Of a stretch of DNA of 64,000 nt, positions 41,313 through 53,526 are shown piece after piece; positions within the stretch are counted from its first letter, which is position 1; every line of letters starts with the position of its first letter. Origin of the DNA: Pelagibacteraceae bacterium AG-426-G09 (GTDB lineage Bacteria > Pseudomonadota > Alphaproteobacteria > Pelagibacterales > Pelagibacteraceae). A program made the translations under genes and the position numbers. Below the pieces are notes generated by a model. The model saw only the letters and a list, made by a program, of their open reading frames with translations, was not told where the DNA came from and made no database searches. Location: NCBI GenBank assembly GCA_003210075.1, contig QCNR01000003.1, positions 8,351 to 72,350 on the forward strand. The letters are read 5' to 3'.

Positions 41313-43045
41313 TACATTTTTTCTGGTGTTGATACACCAATAATATTCATACCTGATACTATAACGTTTGAAATAGCTTTAAGAAAAATTAATTTATCAG
41401 GTGTGATTTTTTTTTGGTTGTTAATAAATCTTTTTTCAGGATTTTCTATACCCAAATTCCAATAAGAATGAAATAAAGAAGATAATTCATATAAATAAGT
41501 AGGAATTCTGTGAGGTTCTAGTTTACTACTCGACATATCTACACACTTGGGCCATTCTGATAATTTTTTTAATATTTCAATTTCATCATTTGAATACTGG
41601 AAGTCAAAATTATTAATACTAATTTCATTCTTTATGTTTAAATTTAAGTTTCTAAAAACAGAGCTTATTCTTGCATAACAATATTGAACATAATAGAGCG
41701 GGTTATCTTTTGATTTTTCAACTACATTGTCAAAATCGAAATCTAATTCAACATCACTACTTCTATTCAACATAATAAATCTTGTCGCATCTTTTCCAAC
41801 TTCACTAATTAAATCATCTAAAGTGATATAATCTCCTTTTCTCTTAGACATCTTAAAAGGTTTTTTATTTTTAATAAGTTTAACTAATTGACTCACTTTA
41901 CAAATTAACTTTCCATTTGTTTTTGACAATGCATCAACTGACGATGAAATCCTTTTAATATAACCGGCATGATCAGCGCCCAATATATTTATTAAACAAT
42001 CAAATTTTCTATTTAATTTGTTGTTATGATAAGCTACGTCGCTAGCAAAATAAGTCCAAGATCCATCTGACTTTTGTAAGGCTCTATCTTTATCATCTCC
42101 AAAAATTGTAGATTTAAAAAGTAATTGCTCTCTCTCAATCCAATTATCATTATTTTCACCCGCTGGCGCTTTAATTTTTCCCTTATAAACAAAATCATTT
42201 TTTTCTAGATAATTAACAACTTTCTCTACCTCTTTATTAGCTACAAGTTTTTTTTCACTGATAAAATTATCATGTTCAATTCCAATATTACTAAGATTTT
42301 TTTTTATTAATTTTAATGATTCATTGATAGATAGAGTTGTTAATTCATTAGAAATATTATGAAAATCACTAAAGTCATTTATATTATTTGAATTAATTAT
42401 ATTTTTAGCAAAATTAATTAAATAATCACCTGGATAAAGATCATCATTATTATCTGGAAAAGATTCATTGTATAAAATCTCTCTTATTCTAAAATAAACT
42501 GATTTAGTAAAATTAATTATTTGGTTACCATAATCATTAATATAGTATTCTTTTGTTACCTTGTGTTTATTAAAAATTAATATATTAGAAATTACATCTC
42601 CAATTATAGCTCCTCTACAGTGACCAACATGCAATGGGCCTGTTGGATTTGCTGATACAAATTCGACTAAAAAATTTTTCTTTTTTTCATTTAAATTAAT
42701 GCCAAAAGTTTTTGAATTTTTTATTATTTCTTCAATAAACTTGGTCCAAAAAATAGGTTTAAATTTAATATTTATAAACCCTGGTTTTACTATAGAAATA
42801 TCTTTTATTAGTGGATCGTTTTTTTTTAAATGATCAGATAGTATTACTGCTAAATCAACAGGTGATTTATTATTAATTTTAGATAAAACCATTGCAACAT
42901 TTGTTGATATATCACTTTTAAATTTAGATGGTGGTATCTCCGCTGTTATTCCATTTACTTTGTCAGGTAGAATTAATTCTCCACTTTTTGACATCTCTTT
43001 AAGTAATATTTTTATTTTATTTAAATAAATTTCAAAAATGTTCAT
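41312..43045 (-). CDS. argS: Arginine--tRNA ligase
   Basis: VEFVSANPTGPLHVGH, GADH, KMSKRKG, YVQYCYARI. Confidence 0.97.
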   Translation of the reverse strand: MNIFEIYLNKIKILLKEMSKSGELILPDKVNGITAEIPPSKFKSDISTNVAMVLSKINNKSPVDLAVILSDHLKKNDPLIKDISIVKPGFINIKFKPIFWTKFIEEIIKNSKTFGINLNEKKKNFLVEFVSANPTGPLHVGHCRGAIIGDVISNILIFNKHKVTKEYYINDYGNQIINFTKSVYFRIREILYNESFPDNNDDLYPGDYLINFAKNIINSNNINDFSDFHNISNELTTLSINESLKLIKKNLSNIGIEHDNFISEKKLVANKEVEKVVNYLEKNDFVYKGKIKAPAGENNDNWIEREQLLFKSTIFGDDKDRALQKSDGSWTYFASDVAYHNNKLNRKFDCLINILGADHAGYIKRISSSVDALSKTNGKLICKVSQLVKLIKNKKPFKMSKRKGDYITLDDLISEVGKDATRFIMLNRSSDVELDFDFDNVVEKSKDNPLYYVQYCYARISSVFRNLNLNIKNEISINNFDFQYSNDEIEILKKLSEWPKCVDMSSSKLEPHRIPTYLYELSSLFHSYWNLGIENPEKRFINNQKKITPDKLIFLKAISNVIVSGMNIIGVSTPEKM

Positions 43046-44160
43046 TTAATTTTATTATAAAGGTTTATTGCATATCTATCTGTCATTCCTGATATAAAAT
43101 CTGAAATAGATCTATAAGTGTCTTTTTTTAAGTATTCTGATGATATAAATTTTTTTGGATTTTTTTTTATTTTATCAAATAATTTTTCAATTATAAGTTT
43201 TCCTTCATTATTCTTTTTTAAAACACCTTTATTATTATACATTTTTGTTTTTAAAAAAAATCTTATTTCATTTTCAGATTTTTTAACTTGATCAGAAAAA
43301 TTAACTATTGAAATATTTGTCTTAGCAATGTCTTTAAATGATTTGATTTTATAAAAATCTATATTTTTAATCGTATTATTAATTAGGTCTTTAATCATTA
43401 TATCTATAGAATCTCTAATAATTTGATATGTTGCAATTTTATAATTTTGTTTATTGATTTTATTCTTATATTTTTTGTAAATATTTCTAAAGAAATTAAT
43501 TTCTATTAACTCATCTAATTTAAATAAATTTGCATTTATACCATCTTGGATATCATGGTTATTATAAGCTATATCATCAGATATAGTGGAAATCTGCGCT
43601 TCTAATGATGGATAGGTATTAAAATCAATAAAATTTTTAAAATTCTTAATACCGATTAAATTATCTACAAGTGATAAGTTTTTTACTGGACCATTATGTT
43701 TTATGAGTCCTTCTAATGTTTCTACGGAAAGGTTTAATCCATTAAACTTTAGATATTTGTTTTCCAAAAACATAACTATTCTTAATGTTTGCAAGTTATG
43801 ATCAAAACCACCGTACTTATCCATTTTTTCATTTAAAGATTCTTCTCCAGCATGACCAAACGGGGTGTGGCCAAGATCATGCGCTAGACTTAAAGTTTCA
43901 GACAAATCCTCATTTAATTTTAGATACCTGGATATAGAACGAGCAATTTGAGCAACTTCCATGGAATGTGTTATTCTTGTTCTATAGTGATCGCCTTCGG
44001 TATTTACAAAAACTTGCGTTTTATGTTTTAATCTTCTGAATGAGGCACTGTGAACTATCCGATCTCTGTCTCGTTGAAAAGGTGTTCTATATTTAGACAG
44101 AGATTCTCTTACAATTCTGCCTTTGCTTTTAAATAAACCAATCTTTGAGTAATTTTTCAT
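43042..44160 (-). CDS. dgt: Deoxyguanosinetriphosphate triphosphohydrolase (HD domain)
   Basis: FQRDRDRI.HS..FRRL.HKTQV, HDLGHTPFGHAGE, ISGMTDRYA. Confidence 0.94.
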   Translation of the reverse strand: MKNYSKIGLFKSKGRIVRESLSKYRTPFQRDRDRIVHSASFRRLKHKTQVFVNTEGDHYRTRITHSMEVAQIARSISRYLKLNEDLSETLSLAHDLGHTPFGHAGEESLNEKMDKYGGFDHNLQTLRIVMFLENKYLKFNGLNLSVETLEGLIKHNGPVKNLSLVDNLIGIKNFKNFIDFNTYPSLEAQISTISDDIAYNNHDIQDGINANLFKLDELIEINFFRNIYKKYKNKINKQNYKIATYQIIRDSIDIMIKDLINNTIKNIDFYKIKSFKDIAKTNISIVNFSDQVKKSENEIRFFLKTKMYNNKGVLKKNNEGKLIIEKLFDKIKKNPKKFISSEYLKKDTYRSISDFISGMTDRYAINLYNKIK

Positions 44161-44210
44161 ACTTTAAAATAAAATATTAAGTATTATATTAGTAATAGCA
44201 GTGATCAATA

Positions 44211-44528
44211 ATGATAAAAGAAATTAAATTTACTGATAAAGCACTAAAACAGATAAATACTCTATTGTCTAAAAAAGATAAAGGGGCTTTTTTTAGAATC
44301 GCTATCAAGGGTGGTGGTTGTTCAGGTTTCCAATATGAGTTTACCTTTGATAAATCAAAATCAGATGATGATTTAACTTATGAAAATATATTAATTGATA
44401 AAACTTCCGCAGATCTTTTGAAAGGATCAGAAGTTGATTATGTAAATGAATTAATTGGTTCACAATTTAAAATAACCAATCCTCAGTCTAAGTCATCATG
44501 TGGATGTGGTGTTTCTTTCTCTCTATAA
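44211..44528 (+). CDS. A-type Fe-S carrier (ErpA/IscA family)
   Basis: GGGCSGFQY and SCGCG.SF. Confidence 0.95.
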   Translation: MIKEIKFTDKALKQINTLLSKKDKGAFFRIAIKGGGCSGFQYEFTFDKSKSDDDLTYENILIDKTSADLLKGSEVDYVNELIGSQFKITNPQSKSSCGCGVSFSL

Positions 44529-45304
44529 TGCTAATTGCATCATGGAATGTAAATTCTGTGCGTGCACGTATAATTAATATAAAAAGTTATCTTTTAAAAT
44601 ATAAACCTGACACTCTAATGATGCAGGAAATTAAAACCGAGGAAGTAAATTTTCCATATGATGAATTTTCATCTCTTGGATACGAATGTCACGTTTTTGG
44701 ACAAAAAAGTTATAATGGTGTAGCTATTATTTCTAAAATAAAATTATACAATACAAAAATTGATTTAATTAAAGATAAATTTAATCAATCTCGAATTATT
44801 TCAGCAGATGTTAAATTTAAAAATAAAAATATACAACTTATCAATATATATACACCTAATGGCAATCCAGTGGACACTGAAAAATATGAGTATAAAAAAA
44901 AATGGCTTGATGATTTAATTAGACAGTTAAAATTTTCATTAAAAAAAAATCCATATATAATTCTTGGTGGAGATTTTAATATTATTCCTTCATCTGAAGA
45001 TGTTTATAATGCAAAAAGTTTTGAAGATGATGCATTATTTAGACTTGAGATTAGAAAAAAATTACGTGAAATGATTAATCTTGGGTTTAATGATGTATAT
45101 AGACATTTTAATAAAACAAATGTGGGCTATACATTTTGGGATTATATGAGAGGTGCTTGGCAAAAAAATAATGGTATGAGAATTGACCATTTTTTAGTTT
45201 CAAATTCATTAATCGATAAAATTGAATCAGTTAATATAAATAAAGATCCGAGGGGTCGAGAAAAACCTTCTGATCATACACCAATTGAAATTAAATTAGC
45301 TTAA
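44528..45304 (+). CDS. xth: Exodeoxyribonuclease III
   Basis: SWNVNS, QEIK, YNGVAI, GDFN, RIDH, SDH; start at ATG 44528 (TAATG overlap). Confidence 0.96.
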   Translation: MLIASWNVNSVRARIINIKSYLLKYKPDTLMMQEIKTEEVNFPYDEFSSLGYECHVFGQKSYNGVAIISKIKLYNTKIDLIKDKFNQSRIISADVKFKNKNIQLINIYTPNGNPVDTEKYEYKKKWLDDLIRQLKFSLKKNPYIILGGDFNIIPSSEDVYNAKSFEDDALFRLEIRKKLREMINLGFNDVYRHFNKTNVGYTFWDYMRGAWQKNNGMRIDHFLVSNSLIDKIESVNINKDPRGREKPSDHTPIEIKLA

Positions 45305-46294
45305 TAATTTTATTTTATTAACCAATTCTTCATTAATATTTCTTGGACCTTTGTCCAGTCTATTTTTATGTCTTCTTTCACCTGGCAACCTTACATCTCC
45401 CATAGATTTCATTTTTTTAAAAAATTCATCTGCATGTTTATCCCAATTACCACCTGAAGTTTTTTCTGGTGAAATTGCTAAAATAAATTCGCCTCCACTA
45501 GGAGGGCCTCCATCATTATTATCTTTAGTTGCAGTTTCATAACTAAAATTATCTCCGACTAAAGCTCCAGCCATCAATTCAACCATCATTGCTATTGCTG
45601 AACCTTTGTAGCCACCAAATGGTAATAACACGCCTCCATCAGCAATTTCTCCAGGGTCAGTAGTTTCTTTTCCTTCTCTTGTTAACCCTGTTCCAATAGG
45701 AACTTTGTGACCTTCTCTTTTTGCAACTTGAACTTCGCCCATAGCCATAGATGCAGTCGCCATATCATACACTACTGGTGTTTTGCCAGGTCTTGGCCAA
45801 GCAAATGAAATTGGGTTAGTTCCGAATAATGGTTTAATTGCACCTGCCGGTGCTACAGCTGGTTTGTAAGATGTGCAAGCAAAAGCTACCAAGCCCTCTT
45901 CAGCTAGTTTTTCTGTTTCGGGCCACATAGCAGCCATATGATGAGAATTAGTAATTGCTAAGACCGCTACACCATTTTCTTTTGAGGCCTTAACGAGTTC
46001 AGGCAAACCTTTTTTAAGAACCACAGGTGCTAAACAATTATTTCCTAAAACTTTAATAATTGATGGAGAAATTTTTTTTACTTCTGGTCTGCCTTTACCG
46101 TTAATTTTTCCACTTTTTAATCCGCTCACGTAGGCCGGAAGTCTAAATAGGCCATGAGATAATGATCCGTCTCTCTCTGCGTTTCTTATCAGCTCTGCTA
46201 ATATAGAAGCTGTTTCATCATCACAACCATTTGATAATAATGTTTTTTTTGCTAAATTATAAATTTCTTTTAAAGAAAGAGTTACGGTTTTCAT
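45296..46294 (-). CDS. Ldh_2 family oxidoreductase (malate/L-lactate/sulfolactate/imine reductase type 2)
   Basis: SHGLFR, GTNP, DMATA, PFGGYKG, RLPG; substrate cannot be assigned. Confidence 0.88.
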   Translation of the reverse strand: MKTVTLSLKEIYNLAKKTLLSNGCDDETASILAELIRNAERDGSLSHGLFRLPAYVSGLKSGKINGKGRPEVKKISPSIIKVLGNNCLAPVVLKKGLPELVKASKENGVAVLAITNSHHMAAMWPETEKLAEEGLVAFACTSYKPAVAPAGAIKPLFGTNPISFAWPRPGKTPVVYDMATASMAMGEVQVAKREGHKVPIGTGLTREGKETTDPGEIADGGVLLPFGGYKGSAIAMMVELMAGALVGDNFSYETATKDNNDGGPPSGGEFILAISPEKTSGGNWDKHADEFFKKMKSMGDVRLPGERRHKNRLDKGPRNINEELVNKIKLLS

Positions 46295-46298
46295 AAAA

Positions 46299-47504
46299 TT
46301 ATTTTACTCTACCATAAACATCTTGGAACCGAATTATGTCTGTTTCTTTTAGAATTGGTCCAGTTTGTACTTCAATAATTTTAACTGGTTTTTTAAAATA
46401 ATTTTGAATTCTATGTATAGCACCTCTGGGTACGAATATAGACTCATATGGTTTTCTGTAAAATTTTTTTTTGTTGATGGTTATCATTGGTTTTCCTTGT
46501 GTTATCATCCAATGCTCAGATCTAAAATTATGTTTTTGAAGACTTATAGAAGATTTTGAATTTACAGTTAATTCTTTAACAAGAAAATTTTTGCCTTCAA
46601 ATAAATTAACATATTTACCCCACGGTCTGTAAAAAACATTTCTTTTTTTAAAATATTTATTCATGTTTTTTTTATAGATTTTTGAAATTTCGCTCCAACT
46701 ACCTAAATCTGACCATGGCATATCAAGTTTAATGGCATTTATTTTTTTTATTTTCTCCAAAATTGCATAATCAAAAGATTTCTCTATCGATTTAGAAAAT
46801 TCACTTTTATTTAAATAATAGGTATTATTTTTATATTTAGATTTTTTTACAGCCATGTTGCAGCTTTTAAAAGTTTTGGGTTGATACTTTTTAAAGTTAT
46901 TGATAATTGAATCTTTTCTTAAAAAAAACATTCCTGAGTTCCAATACCCTTTTTGTTTAATAATTTTTTTTGCTAATATTTTTTTAGGTTTTTCAATAAA
47001 TTTAGTAACTTTATTTATATTGTTTTTTATTTTTCTTGTTAAAAAATACCCATATTCACTTGATGGTTTTCTTGGTTTAATACCAAAAACAAAAACATTT
47101 TCGTCATCTAAATTAGATTTATTTTTATTAATAGCTTTATTTAAGATGTTTGGTCTTTCAATCAAATGATCAGCTGCTAAATACATTAAGGGTTGTTTTA
47201 AGGGTATTTCTTCTACTAATGCTGATGACAAAATAGCAGGTGCAGTGTTTTTTTTCTCAGGCTCTAAAACAATTTTATATTTTTTAATATTATTATTTTT
47301 TAAATATTTTCTAATTTCTTTCAAATATTTTTGGTTAGTACTAATTATTGGGTAATCAAAAATTGGATTTTTTATTCTATCGAGCGTTTTACTTATAAGT
47401 GACCAACCGCCAAAATCTATAAATTGTTTTGCTTGATAATTTTTTTGGTCCGGCCATAGTCTTGTTCCTGCCCCGCCGCAAAGGATAATAGGTCTAATTT
47501 TCAT
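46299..47504 (-). CDS. Mannose-1-phosphate guanylyltransferase / mannose-6-phosphate isomerase
   Basis: ILCGGAGTRLWP, EP..KNTAPA, FIEKP, WSDLGSW, C-terminal cupin RPWG...SLQKH..RSEHW. Confidence 0.92.
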   Translation of the reverse strand: MKIRPIILCGGAGTRLWPDQKNYQAKQFIDFGGWSLISKTLDRIKNPIFDYPIISTNQKYLKEIRKYLKNNNIKKYKIVLEPEKKNTAPAILSSALVEEIPLKQPLMYLAADHLIERPNILNKAINKNKSNLDDENVFVFGIKPRKPSSEYGYFLTRKIKNNINKVTKFIEKPKKILAKKIIKQKGYWNSGMFFLRKDSIINNFKKYQPKTFKSCNMAVKKSKYKNNTYYLNKSEFSKSIEKSFDYAILEKIKKINAIKLDMPWSDLGSWSEISKIYKKNMNKYFKKRNVFYRPWGKYVNLFEGKNFLVKELTVNSKSSISLQKHNFRSEHWMITQGKPMITINKKKFYRKPYESIFVPRGAIHRIQNYFKKPVKIIEVQTGPILKETDIIRFQDVYGRVK

Positions 47505-49222
47505 CAAATATCTGCGTATACTTTAACTTCATTTTTTCCACCTGGATGTGTGGGAGCTCCAAGATAAGCTGGGCCAACTGTCTGTGCGTATTTCCAAAGT
47601 GTCCCGTTTCCAAAATTTATTTTTTTAGGTTTCCATTTTTTCTTTCTTGCCGCTAGTTGCTGTTTTGATAGACGAACATTTATTGTGCCTTTTTTAGCAT
47701 CAATATCAATAATATCTCCATTACGTAAAAGAGCTATTGGTCCACCAACAGATGCCTCGGGGCCAACATGTCCAATGCAAAAACCTCTTGTAGCTCCTGA
47801 AAATCGACCATCAGTTATCAATGCTACTTTTTCACCTTTTCCTTGACCATAAATAGCTCCGGTAGTTTGCAGCATTTCTCTCATACCTGGCCCCCCTCTT
47901 GGACCTTCGTATCTTATAATAATAATATCTCCATCCTTATATTTTTTATTTTTTACAGCTTTATATGCTGACTCTTCATTGTCAAAACATCTTGCTCTAC
48001 CGGTAAATTGTAACTTTTTAAGACCTGCAATTTTTACTATTCCGCCATCGGGTGCTAAATTACCTTTTAATCCAACAACACCACCGTCTGGTGATAGTGG
48101 ATTATTATATTTTCGCATAACTTTTTGTTTCAGGTTAAATTTAACTTTTTTTAAGTTTTCTTTCATAGTTTTACCTGTAACGGTAATACAATCACCATGT
48201 ATATAGCCACCTTCATATAGAGTTTTTAAAAGCATTGGAACACCACCAGCTTTCCACATGTCTTTAGCAACATATTTTCCACCTGGTTTTAGATCTGCTA
48301 AATAAGGTGTTCTTTTAAATATTTTTGCAACGTCCATAAGATCAAATTTAATTCCTATTTCATTTGCTATAGCTGGTAAATGTAATGCAGCATTTGTGGA
48401 GCCACCTGTTGCAGCAACAATCGTAGCAGCATTTTCAAGTGCTTTTTTTGTAACAATATCTCTAGGTCTAATATTTTTTGATAACAAATGCATAACTGCT
48501 TTTCCACTATCTAAAGCATATTTATCTCTTTTAGTATATGGCGCTGGTGTGCCAGCCGAGTAAGGAAGTGCTAGTCCTATAGCTTCTGATACACATGCCA
48601 TTGTGTTTGCAGTAAATTGTCCGCCACATGCACCTGCACTTGGACAAGCTTTTAATTCTAATTTTCTTAAGGCATGAGCAGTCATTTTGCCAGATGAATA
48701 TTTGCCAACACCTTCGAAAACATCAACAACAGTAACATCTTTACCATTAAATCTTCCTGGTAATATAGATCCACCATAAATAAAAACGCTAGGAACATTT
48801 AATCTAACCATCGCCATCATTAATCCAGGTAAAGATTTATCACATCCAGCCAAGCCAACTAATGCATCATAACAATGACCTCTAACTGTTAATTCAGTAG
48901 AGTCTGCAATTATGTCTCTTGAAATTAATGAGGATTTCATTCCTTCATGACCCATTGCAATACCGTCTGTTACTGTAATAGTGCAAAATTCTCTAGGTGT
49001 GCCTCCTCTTTGATAAACACCTTTTTTTACTGATTGTGCTTGTCTCATTAAAGCTATGTTGCATGGCGCAGCCTCATTCCATGTAGAAACAACTCCTACG
49101 AATGGTTTAGCAACATCTTTTTCTGTAAGCTTCATGGCATAATAAAAAGATCTCTGTGGTGCTTTATCTGGGCCTAATGTTGTATGCCTACTTGGTAATT
49201 TTTTTTTATTAAATTTTTTCAT
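47504..49222 (-). CDS. ilvD: Dihydroxy-acid dehydratase
   Basis: [29 protein letters not shown]. Confidence 0.96.
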   Translation of the reverse strand: MKKFNKKKLPSRHTTLGPDKAPQRSFYYAMKLTEKDVAKPFVGVVSTWNEAAPCNIALMRQAQSVKKGVYQRGGTPREFCTITVTDGIAMGHEGMKSSLISRDIIADSTELTVRGHCYDALVGLAGCDKSLPGLMMAMVRLNVPSVFIYGGSILPGRFNGKDVTVVDVFEGVGKYSSGKMTAHALRKLELKACPSAGACGGQFTANTMACVSEAIGLALPYSAGTPAPYTKRDKYALDSGKAVMHLLSKNIRPRDIVTKKALENAATIVAATGGSTNAALHLPAIANEIGIKFDLMDVAKIFKRTPYLADLKPGGKYVAKDMWKAGGVPMLLKTLYEGGYIHGDCITVTGKTMKENLKKVKFNLKQKVMRKYNNPLSPDGGVVGLKGNLAPDGGIVKIAGLKKLQFTGRARCFDNEESAYKAVKNKKYKDGDIIIIRYEGPRGGPGMREMLQTTGAIYGQGKGEKVALITDGRFSGATRGFCIGHVGPEASVGGPIALLRNGDIIDIDAKKGTINVRLSKQQLAARKKKWKPKKINFGNGTLWKYAQTVGPAYLGAPTHPGGKNEVKVYADI

Positions 49223-51849
49223 TATAAATTTTCTAATGTTAGTTGTATTTTTTTAACATCTTTTTCTAAATTATTAAAGTTAGTTTTTTCTTGATCAATA
49301 AGCGTTGCCGGTGCCTTTTCCACAAAGTTATTATTATGCAGTCTTTGATTTATTTTATCTATTTCTTTATTTAATTTATCTAATTTTTTTTTAAGATTAT
49401 CTTTCACTCGACTCAAATCAACATTCTCTTCAAAATAGATTTTAAATAATTCACCATTCAAAATTAGAGAAGCAGATGATTTATTAAGATCTATAGAGGA
49501 TATGTTTTTTATTCTTCCTAGTTTCATTAAAATTGTTTTATTTTGATCAAAAAATTTTTTTAGTTCATTATTCGTCTTCTCTAATGAGATTTCAATCATT
49601 GATCCTGGCGGTACTCCTAGCTCATTTTTAAATGATCTTATCGATGTAATAAAATCGATAATTTTGTTAACATCTATATGTGATTTATCAGTTTTTCCTT
49701 TATCTTCAGACCAGTTTGCAAACATCAAATAATTTTTGCTATTTTTATCTAGCTTATTCTTCAACCACACCTCTTCAGTGATAAATGGGATAAATGGATG
49801 TAATAAAATCAATATTTCTCTAAATACATAAGCTGAAACATCTCTAGTTTCAACCTTAGATGATTGATTATCAGAATAATAAATAGTTTTAGAAAGTTCT
49901 AGATACCAATCACAAAAAGAATGCCAAACAAATTGATATAAATTTTTTGCAGCTTCATCAAATCTATAATCATTAATGTTTTTTTTAATTTTTTCTTTAA
50001 CAAGTAAAAATTCAGTAAATATCCATTTATTTATATTTTCATTGATATCTTTTGGTTTTTTTACATCAGTAAAATCACAACTATTTTGAATGAGGAAATT
50101 ATTAGCATTCCATATTTTGTTTAAAAAATTCCTGTATCCTTTAACACGATCCTCTGAAAGCTTGACATCTCGACCTGGAGATGCCATTGAAAGTAAAGTA
50201 AATCTTAAAGCATCTGCACTATACTTTTCTATTAATTCAAGTGGATCAATAACGTTACCTTTAGATTTTGACATTTTTTGACCTTTCTCATCTCTAACTA
50301 AAGCGTGTACATAAATATCTTTAAAAGGTTCTTTTTCCAAAAATTCCATTCCGAGCATAATCATTCTAGCAACCCAGAAAAAAATTATATCAAAACCTGT
50401 GACTAAAACTGATGTTGGATAAAAATTATCTAAGTATTCGTTTTTTTTAGGCCAACCTAATGTAGCAAATGGCCATAAACCAGATGAAAACCATGTATCT
50501 AAAACATCTTCATCTCTTTTTAATTCAACGTTCTTTTTGTAAAACTCTTTTGCTTTTAATTTTGCAGTAATTTCATCTACTTCTACAAAAATATTTCCAT
50601 CTGGACCATACCATGCCGGTATTTGATGACCCCACCATAATTGTCTTGATACACACCATGGTTCAATATTATCCATCCATTGGAAATAAGTTTTGCTCCA
50701 GTTTTGTGGAAAAAAATTTGTCTTTTTTGATTTAACAATTTCTTTGGCCTTTATGGATAATTTTTTTGCATCTGCAAACCACTGTTCAGTTAAATATGGT
50801 TCAATGATTGAGTTGGATCTATCTCCATATGGAACTTTATTTTTTATATTCTCCTCTTTAACAAAATTATCTTTTTCTGAGAGCAATTTAACTATTTTTT
50901 TTCTTGCTTCAAATCTATCTAATCCATAAAATTGCTTAGGTGCATTTTCATTAATTTTACCATCTTCAGTAAAAATATTTAAAATTTTTAAATTGTTTCT
51001 TTGTCCAACTTCGTAATCATTAAAGTCGTGTGCTGGAGTGATTTTAACTGCACCAGTACCTTGTTCTGGATCAGCATATTCATCTTCAATTATTTTTATT
51101 TTTCTTTCTACAATGGGTATTATAACGTTTTTACCAACTAGTTTTTTATATCTTTCATCAGATGGGTTAACTGCTATCGCTGTGTCACCTAACATAGTTT
51201 CAGGTCTTGTAGTTGCAATTGTTATAAATTCTTTAGTGTTTTCAATTTGATATTTAATGTAATAAAGTTTTGAATTTACTTCTCTTTGATCAACCTCTAA
51301 ATCTGAAATAGCTGTCTTTAAAACTGTATCCCAATTAACGAGTTTTTTGGATCTATAAATCAAACCTTTATTATAAAGGTCAACAAAAACTTTTCTTACT
51401 GAATCAGAAAGATTCTCATCCATTGTAAATGCATTTCTTGACCAGTCACACGAACATCCCAATTTTTTCAATTGATTAATAATTATATCACCATATTGAT
51501 TTTTCCATTCCCACACTTTTTCTATAAATTTTTCTCTACCAATATCTTCTTTTTTGATGCCTTCATTTTCTAATTTTCTCTCAACAAGAGCTTGTGTTGC
51601 TATACCAGCATGATCTGTACCTGGCTGCCACAAAGTTTCATAGTTATTCATACGATGAAATCTAATAAGTAGATCCTGAATTGAATTATTTAAAGCATGA
51701 CCCATATGTAAACTACCAGTAACATTTGGTGGAGGGATAACTATAGAAAATTTTTGGATATTTTTTTTAGGTTTGAATAAATTATTTTTTTCCCAATAAG
51801 AATAAATCTTATTTTCTACTTCTGTATGAATATATTTGTCAGAACTCAT
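49222..51849 (-). CDS. valS: Valine--tRNA ligase
   Basis: [31 protein letters not shown]-terminal coiled coil. Confidence 0.97.
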   Translation of the reverse strand: MSSDKYIHTEVENKIYSYWEKNNLFKPKKNIQKFSIVIPPPNVTGSLHMGHALNNSIQDLLIRFHRMNNYETLWQPGTDHAGIATQALVERKLENEGIKKEDIGREKFIEKVWEWKNQYGDIIINQLKKLGCSCDWSRNAFTMDENLSDSVRKVFVDLYNKGLIYRSKKLVNWDTVLKTAISDLEVDQREVNSKLYYIKYQIENTKEFITIATTRPETMLGDTAIAVNPSDERYKKLVGKNVIIPIVERKIKIIEDEYADPEQGTGAVKITPAHDFNDYEVGQRNNLKILNIFTEDGKINENAPKQFYGLDRFEARKKIVKLLSEKDNFVKEENIKNKVPYGDRSNSIIEPYLTEQWFADAKKLSIKAKEIVKSKKTNFFPQNWSKTYFQWMDNIEPWCVSRQLWWGHQIPAWYGPDGNIFVEVDEITAKLKAKEFYKKNVELKRDEDVLDTWFSSGLWPFATLGWPKKNEYLDNFYPTSVLVTGFDIIFFWVARMIMLGMEFLEKEPFKDIYVHALVRDEKGQKMSKSKGNVIDPLELIEKYSADALRFTLLSMASPGRDVKLSEDRVKGYRNFLNKIWNANNFLIQNSCDFTDVKKPKDINENINKWIFTEFLLVKEKIKKNINDYRFDEAAKNLYQFVWHSFCDWYLELSKTIYYSDNQSSKVETRDVSAYVFREILILLHPFIPFITEEVWLKNKLDKNSKNYLMFANWSEDKGKTDKSHIDVNKIIDFITSIRSFKNELGVPPGSMIEISLEKTNNELKKFFDQNKTILMKLGRIKNISSIDLNKSSASLILNGELFKIYFEENVDLSRVKDNLKKKLDKLNKEIDKINQRLHNNNFVEKAPATLIDQEKTNFNNLEKDVKKIQLTLENL

Positions 51850-51964
51850 TAATTAATGTTTTATAAATTAATCAAATTTAATAAACAATATCGAATTTCA
51901 ATATTAAAATTATAGACTAATTTACAAAATCAACTATATAAGGTCTTCTATAAGCCCTACAAAT

Positions 51965-52038
51965 GGCAACGTGGCGGAATGGTTACGCAGAGGATTGCAA
52001 ATCCTTTTACCCCGGTTCGATTCCGGGCGTTGCCTCCA
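51965..52038 (+). tRNA. tRNA-Cys(GCA)
   Basis: GGCAACG acceptor, GAGGA-TT-GCA-AA-TCCTT, U discriminator plus CCA. Confidence 0.97.
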
Positions 52039-52178
52039 AGAAATTTAAATAAATAATGCCATCAAACTTAATCAAAGTCGTAAAGTTAAAATTGATGATT
52101 TATATTAACTAACATTTTTTTCTTATTTTGATTTACAGTTTAACTAAGATGTTATAATTATTTCTTGTTTTATAACAT

Positions 52179-52254
52179 TCCTCGGTAGCTCAGTTGGTAG
52201 AGCAGTTGACTGTTAATCAATTGGTCGCAGGTTCGAGTCCTGCCCGAGGAGCCA
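52179..52254 (+). tRNA. tRNA-Asn(GTT)
   Basis: TCCTCGG/CCGAGGA acceptor, GTTGA-CT-GTT-AA-TCAAT, CCA. Confidence 0.97.
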
Positions 52255-52259
52255 AAAAA

Positions 52260-52628
52260 TTATCCAACTTTAGAAATTTGTGAATTTAAGTTTAAGTTTT
52301 TAGAAAACTTAATCTTTTGATCTTCAGTAAGTTCAGTATAAAGTTTAACTAAAAAATTATAATTCACATTCATGTGTCCTTCTTTTGATTTTTCCAAATT
52401 TATTAAATATTCTGAAAAATCTTCAAAAAAATAATTGATAGGCACTTTTAAATAATTTGATAATTGGAGTAGTCTTAATGAGCTTACACCATTAGTGCCC
52501 TTTTCATACTTTTGAATTTGTTGAAATGTTACATTTATAGCTTTTGCAACTTTTGTTTGTGTTAATCCTAACGCCAGTCTTCTTAATTTTAATTTATTTC
52601 CCAAATGTTTGTTAAAATTTTCTTCCAT
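52260..52628 (-). CDS. XRE-family HTH transcriptional regulator
   Basis: GLTQ..VA..INVTFQQIQKYEKGTN. Confidence 0.92.
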   Translation of the reverse strand: MEENFNKHLGNKLKLRRLALGLTQTKVAKAINVTFQQIQKYEKGTNGVSSLRLLQLSNYLKVPINYFFEDFSEYLINLEKSKEGHMNVNYNFLVKLYTELTEDQKIKFSKNLNLNSQISKVG

Positions 52629-52786
52629 CTATTGACCCCTCAATTAATTTCCGCAGCATGAGTTAAGATGATTTAGTGGTTTATTGCAAGATATAAAATT
52701 ATTTTTTTTTAGAGGTTTTTTTGATATTTTGGAAACCTGTCAAGCTTAATTTTATGCATTTTTCACATACCTGTAGTTTAGAACTT

Positions 52787-53521
52787 TTATAATATTTGGC
52801 TTAAAAATAATTTAGTTCTATCGTTTTTAGGATTTGCAAAAAACTCTTTAGTTTCTGCTCTCTCAACGATCATTCCTTCATCCATAAATATTACTTCGTC
52901 TGCAACTTCCTTAGCAAACCCCATTTCATGTGTAACAACAATCATTGTCATTCCAGCTTTAGCTAAATTAACCATTGCATCTAGTACTTCTTTAATCATT
53001 TCTGGATCTAATGCAGATGTAGGTTCATCAAAAAGCATTATTTTTGGTTCCATACAAAGTGCTCTGGCTATTGCGCATCTTTGCTGCTGTCCTCCTGATA
53101 ATTGACCTGGATATTTTAATGCTTGGTCAGCAATTTGAACTTTTTCAAGATGTTGCATAGCCAATTCTTCTGCATCTTTTTTTGGCATTTGTTTCACCCA
53201 AATAGGGGCTAACGTACAGTTATCAAGTATTGATAAATGAGGAAATAAATTAAATTGTTGAAAAACCATTCCAACCTCTGCTCTTATTTGTTCAATATTT
53301 TTTGTATTTTCGCTCAATTCGTTGCCATCAACAACTATTTGTCCCTCTTGATGTTCCTCAAGTCTATTTATACATCTTATTAAAGTTGACTTTCCTGATC
53401 CTGAGGGTCCACAAACTACAATTTTCTTATTTTTCTTTACTTCTAAATTTATATTTTTTAAAACTTGAAAATCTCCAAACCATTTATTTACATCTTTAAT
53501 TTGAATTATTGGATCAGACAT
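52787..53521 (-). CDS. aapP: General L-amino acid ABC transporter ATP-binding protein
   Basis: [28 protein letters not shown]. Confidence 0.9.
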   Translation of the reverse strand: MSDPIIQIKDVNKWFGDFQVLKNINLEVKKNKKIVVCGPSGSGKSTLIRCINRLEEHQEGQIVVDGNELSENTKNIEQIRAEVGMVFQQFNLFPHLSILDNCTLAPIWVKQMPKKDAEELAMQHLEKVQIADQALKYPGQLSGGQQQRCAIARALCMEPKIMLFDEPTSALDPEMIKEVLDAMVNLAKAGMTMIVVTHEMGFAKEVADEVIFMDEGMIVERAETKEFFANPKNDRTKLFLSQIL

Positions 53522-53526
53522 TCTTC

